From Sphaerodactylus townsendi (Eukaryota), in the NCBI RefSeq assembly GCF_021028975.2, contig NC_059433.1, positions 62,496,001 to 62,560,000 on the forward strand: 64,000 nucleotides of DNA, given 5' to 3'. Below the pieces are notes generated by a model. That model was not told where the DNA came from. It ran no database searches and saw nothing but the letters and a program-made list of their open reading frames with translations. Positions 63,150 to 64,000 of the stretch are shown piece after piece. The translations under genes and the position numbers were made by a program. Position 1 is the first letter of the stretch; every line of letters starts with the position of its first letter.

Positions 63150-64000
63150 TGAGTGGGACTTACTCCTAGGTAAGTATGCACAGGATTATAACCTTGATCC
63201 TGTTTTGTTATCTTTGCCACCTCTCTACGTAGCTAGGTTTATAATGTGAGGTGCCATCTTGGTATTGGACACAAAACAGGTTAACTCAAGATGAGAAGTT
63301 CCTATATAAAACAGGAGAAATCGCCACTCTACTTGTTCGTGATTTCCAAAGCTGCAGAGGAACTTCTGAAGGAACCCAGCATTGTGTAACTACCTTCATA
63401 ATATCTGAAGGTAGAAGAACACACAGCAAGACATTTCCAGATGACCTAGGGTATCATCTTGGAGAAGGAAGTTCTTTCTTTTTTTTAAAAAAGTGACTCA
63501 TTTCCGTGCAATTATCTCACTCAAAATGACACATTATTGGCAAAAGTAACTTGATATTATTTCAGTCGGTTGCATTCTATGTCTATAAATGTTAAAGCAC
63601 ACACACATACAAGGGGGGAACAAATAGCATACAACTAATTATTCCAATTTTTAAAATTTTGTTTGGAGGCAGCTCATGGATAAAAACAGCCAGTTTAATT
63701 GTAGAAAGCAGCAGCTGGTCTCACTATATTTTAGCTGTGCCCCTGATGTTCATATTCTGCATAGTCATGCTAATAACGGAATGATCAAAATAAATTCAGA
63801 GAGTGATTATGTGGGATATTGCATACTATCACTGGAATTTCTCTGGAATGCAGTATTACCGATGTATTCATTTAGCGAAGAATTGTTAATACCAACAAAA
63901 TTCTGCTTGTTTATCTGTTTTCTTAGCATAGCTACATACTATACTTCATAGCTTCAACCCTGTGGTCACTAATAATAAAAAATACAGATGAGCTTCAGAA

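Noticed and set aside
62238-63169. ORFs of 68-117 aa near the window end
   Set aside because: Mostly within the 62620-63149 MITE or lacking consistent splice sites and recognisable homology
38000-64000. Searched by eye for POLN exons, a tandem LY96/LY86 paralogue and the JPH1 3' end
   Set aside because: No recognisable motifs found; absence by eye is not proof and should be confirmed by tBLASTn

Overview
Vertebrate genomic DNA, not prokaryotic. The Sauria SINEs, 5S-derived SINE, CR1/L2/RTE LINEs, Penelope remnants and hAT/Harbinger MITEs indicate a squamate reptile, probably a gecko. The first 31 kb hold four genes that I reconstructed from splice sites and translations: the 5' part of ELOC (- strand; start-codon exon 1297-1352, rest outside the window), a complete HAUS3 (+, 4 coding exons, 596 aa), a complete TMEM70 (+, 3 exons, 258 aa) and a complete LY96/MD-2 (+, 5 exons, 164 aa; not in the ORF track). 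ELOC-TMEM70-LY96 is the human 8q21 order. HAUS3 normally overlaps POLN on another chromosome, but here it sits between ELOC and TMEM70 and shares a divergent CpG-island promoter with ELOC; this is the most notable structural observation. The MD-2 keeps its disulfide scaffold but has lost the basic/aromatic lipid A-binding loop residues. A full-length CR1 LINE with tandem ~284-bp 5' monomers follows (32.9-37.9 kb). The remaining 26 kb are repeat-rich intergenic DNA with a few unexplained exon-like, stop-poor segments. All homology calls were made by eye from remembered sequences; no searches were run.
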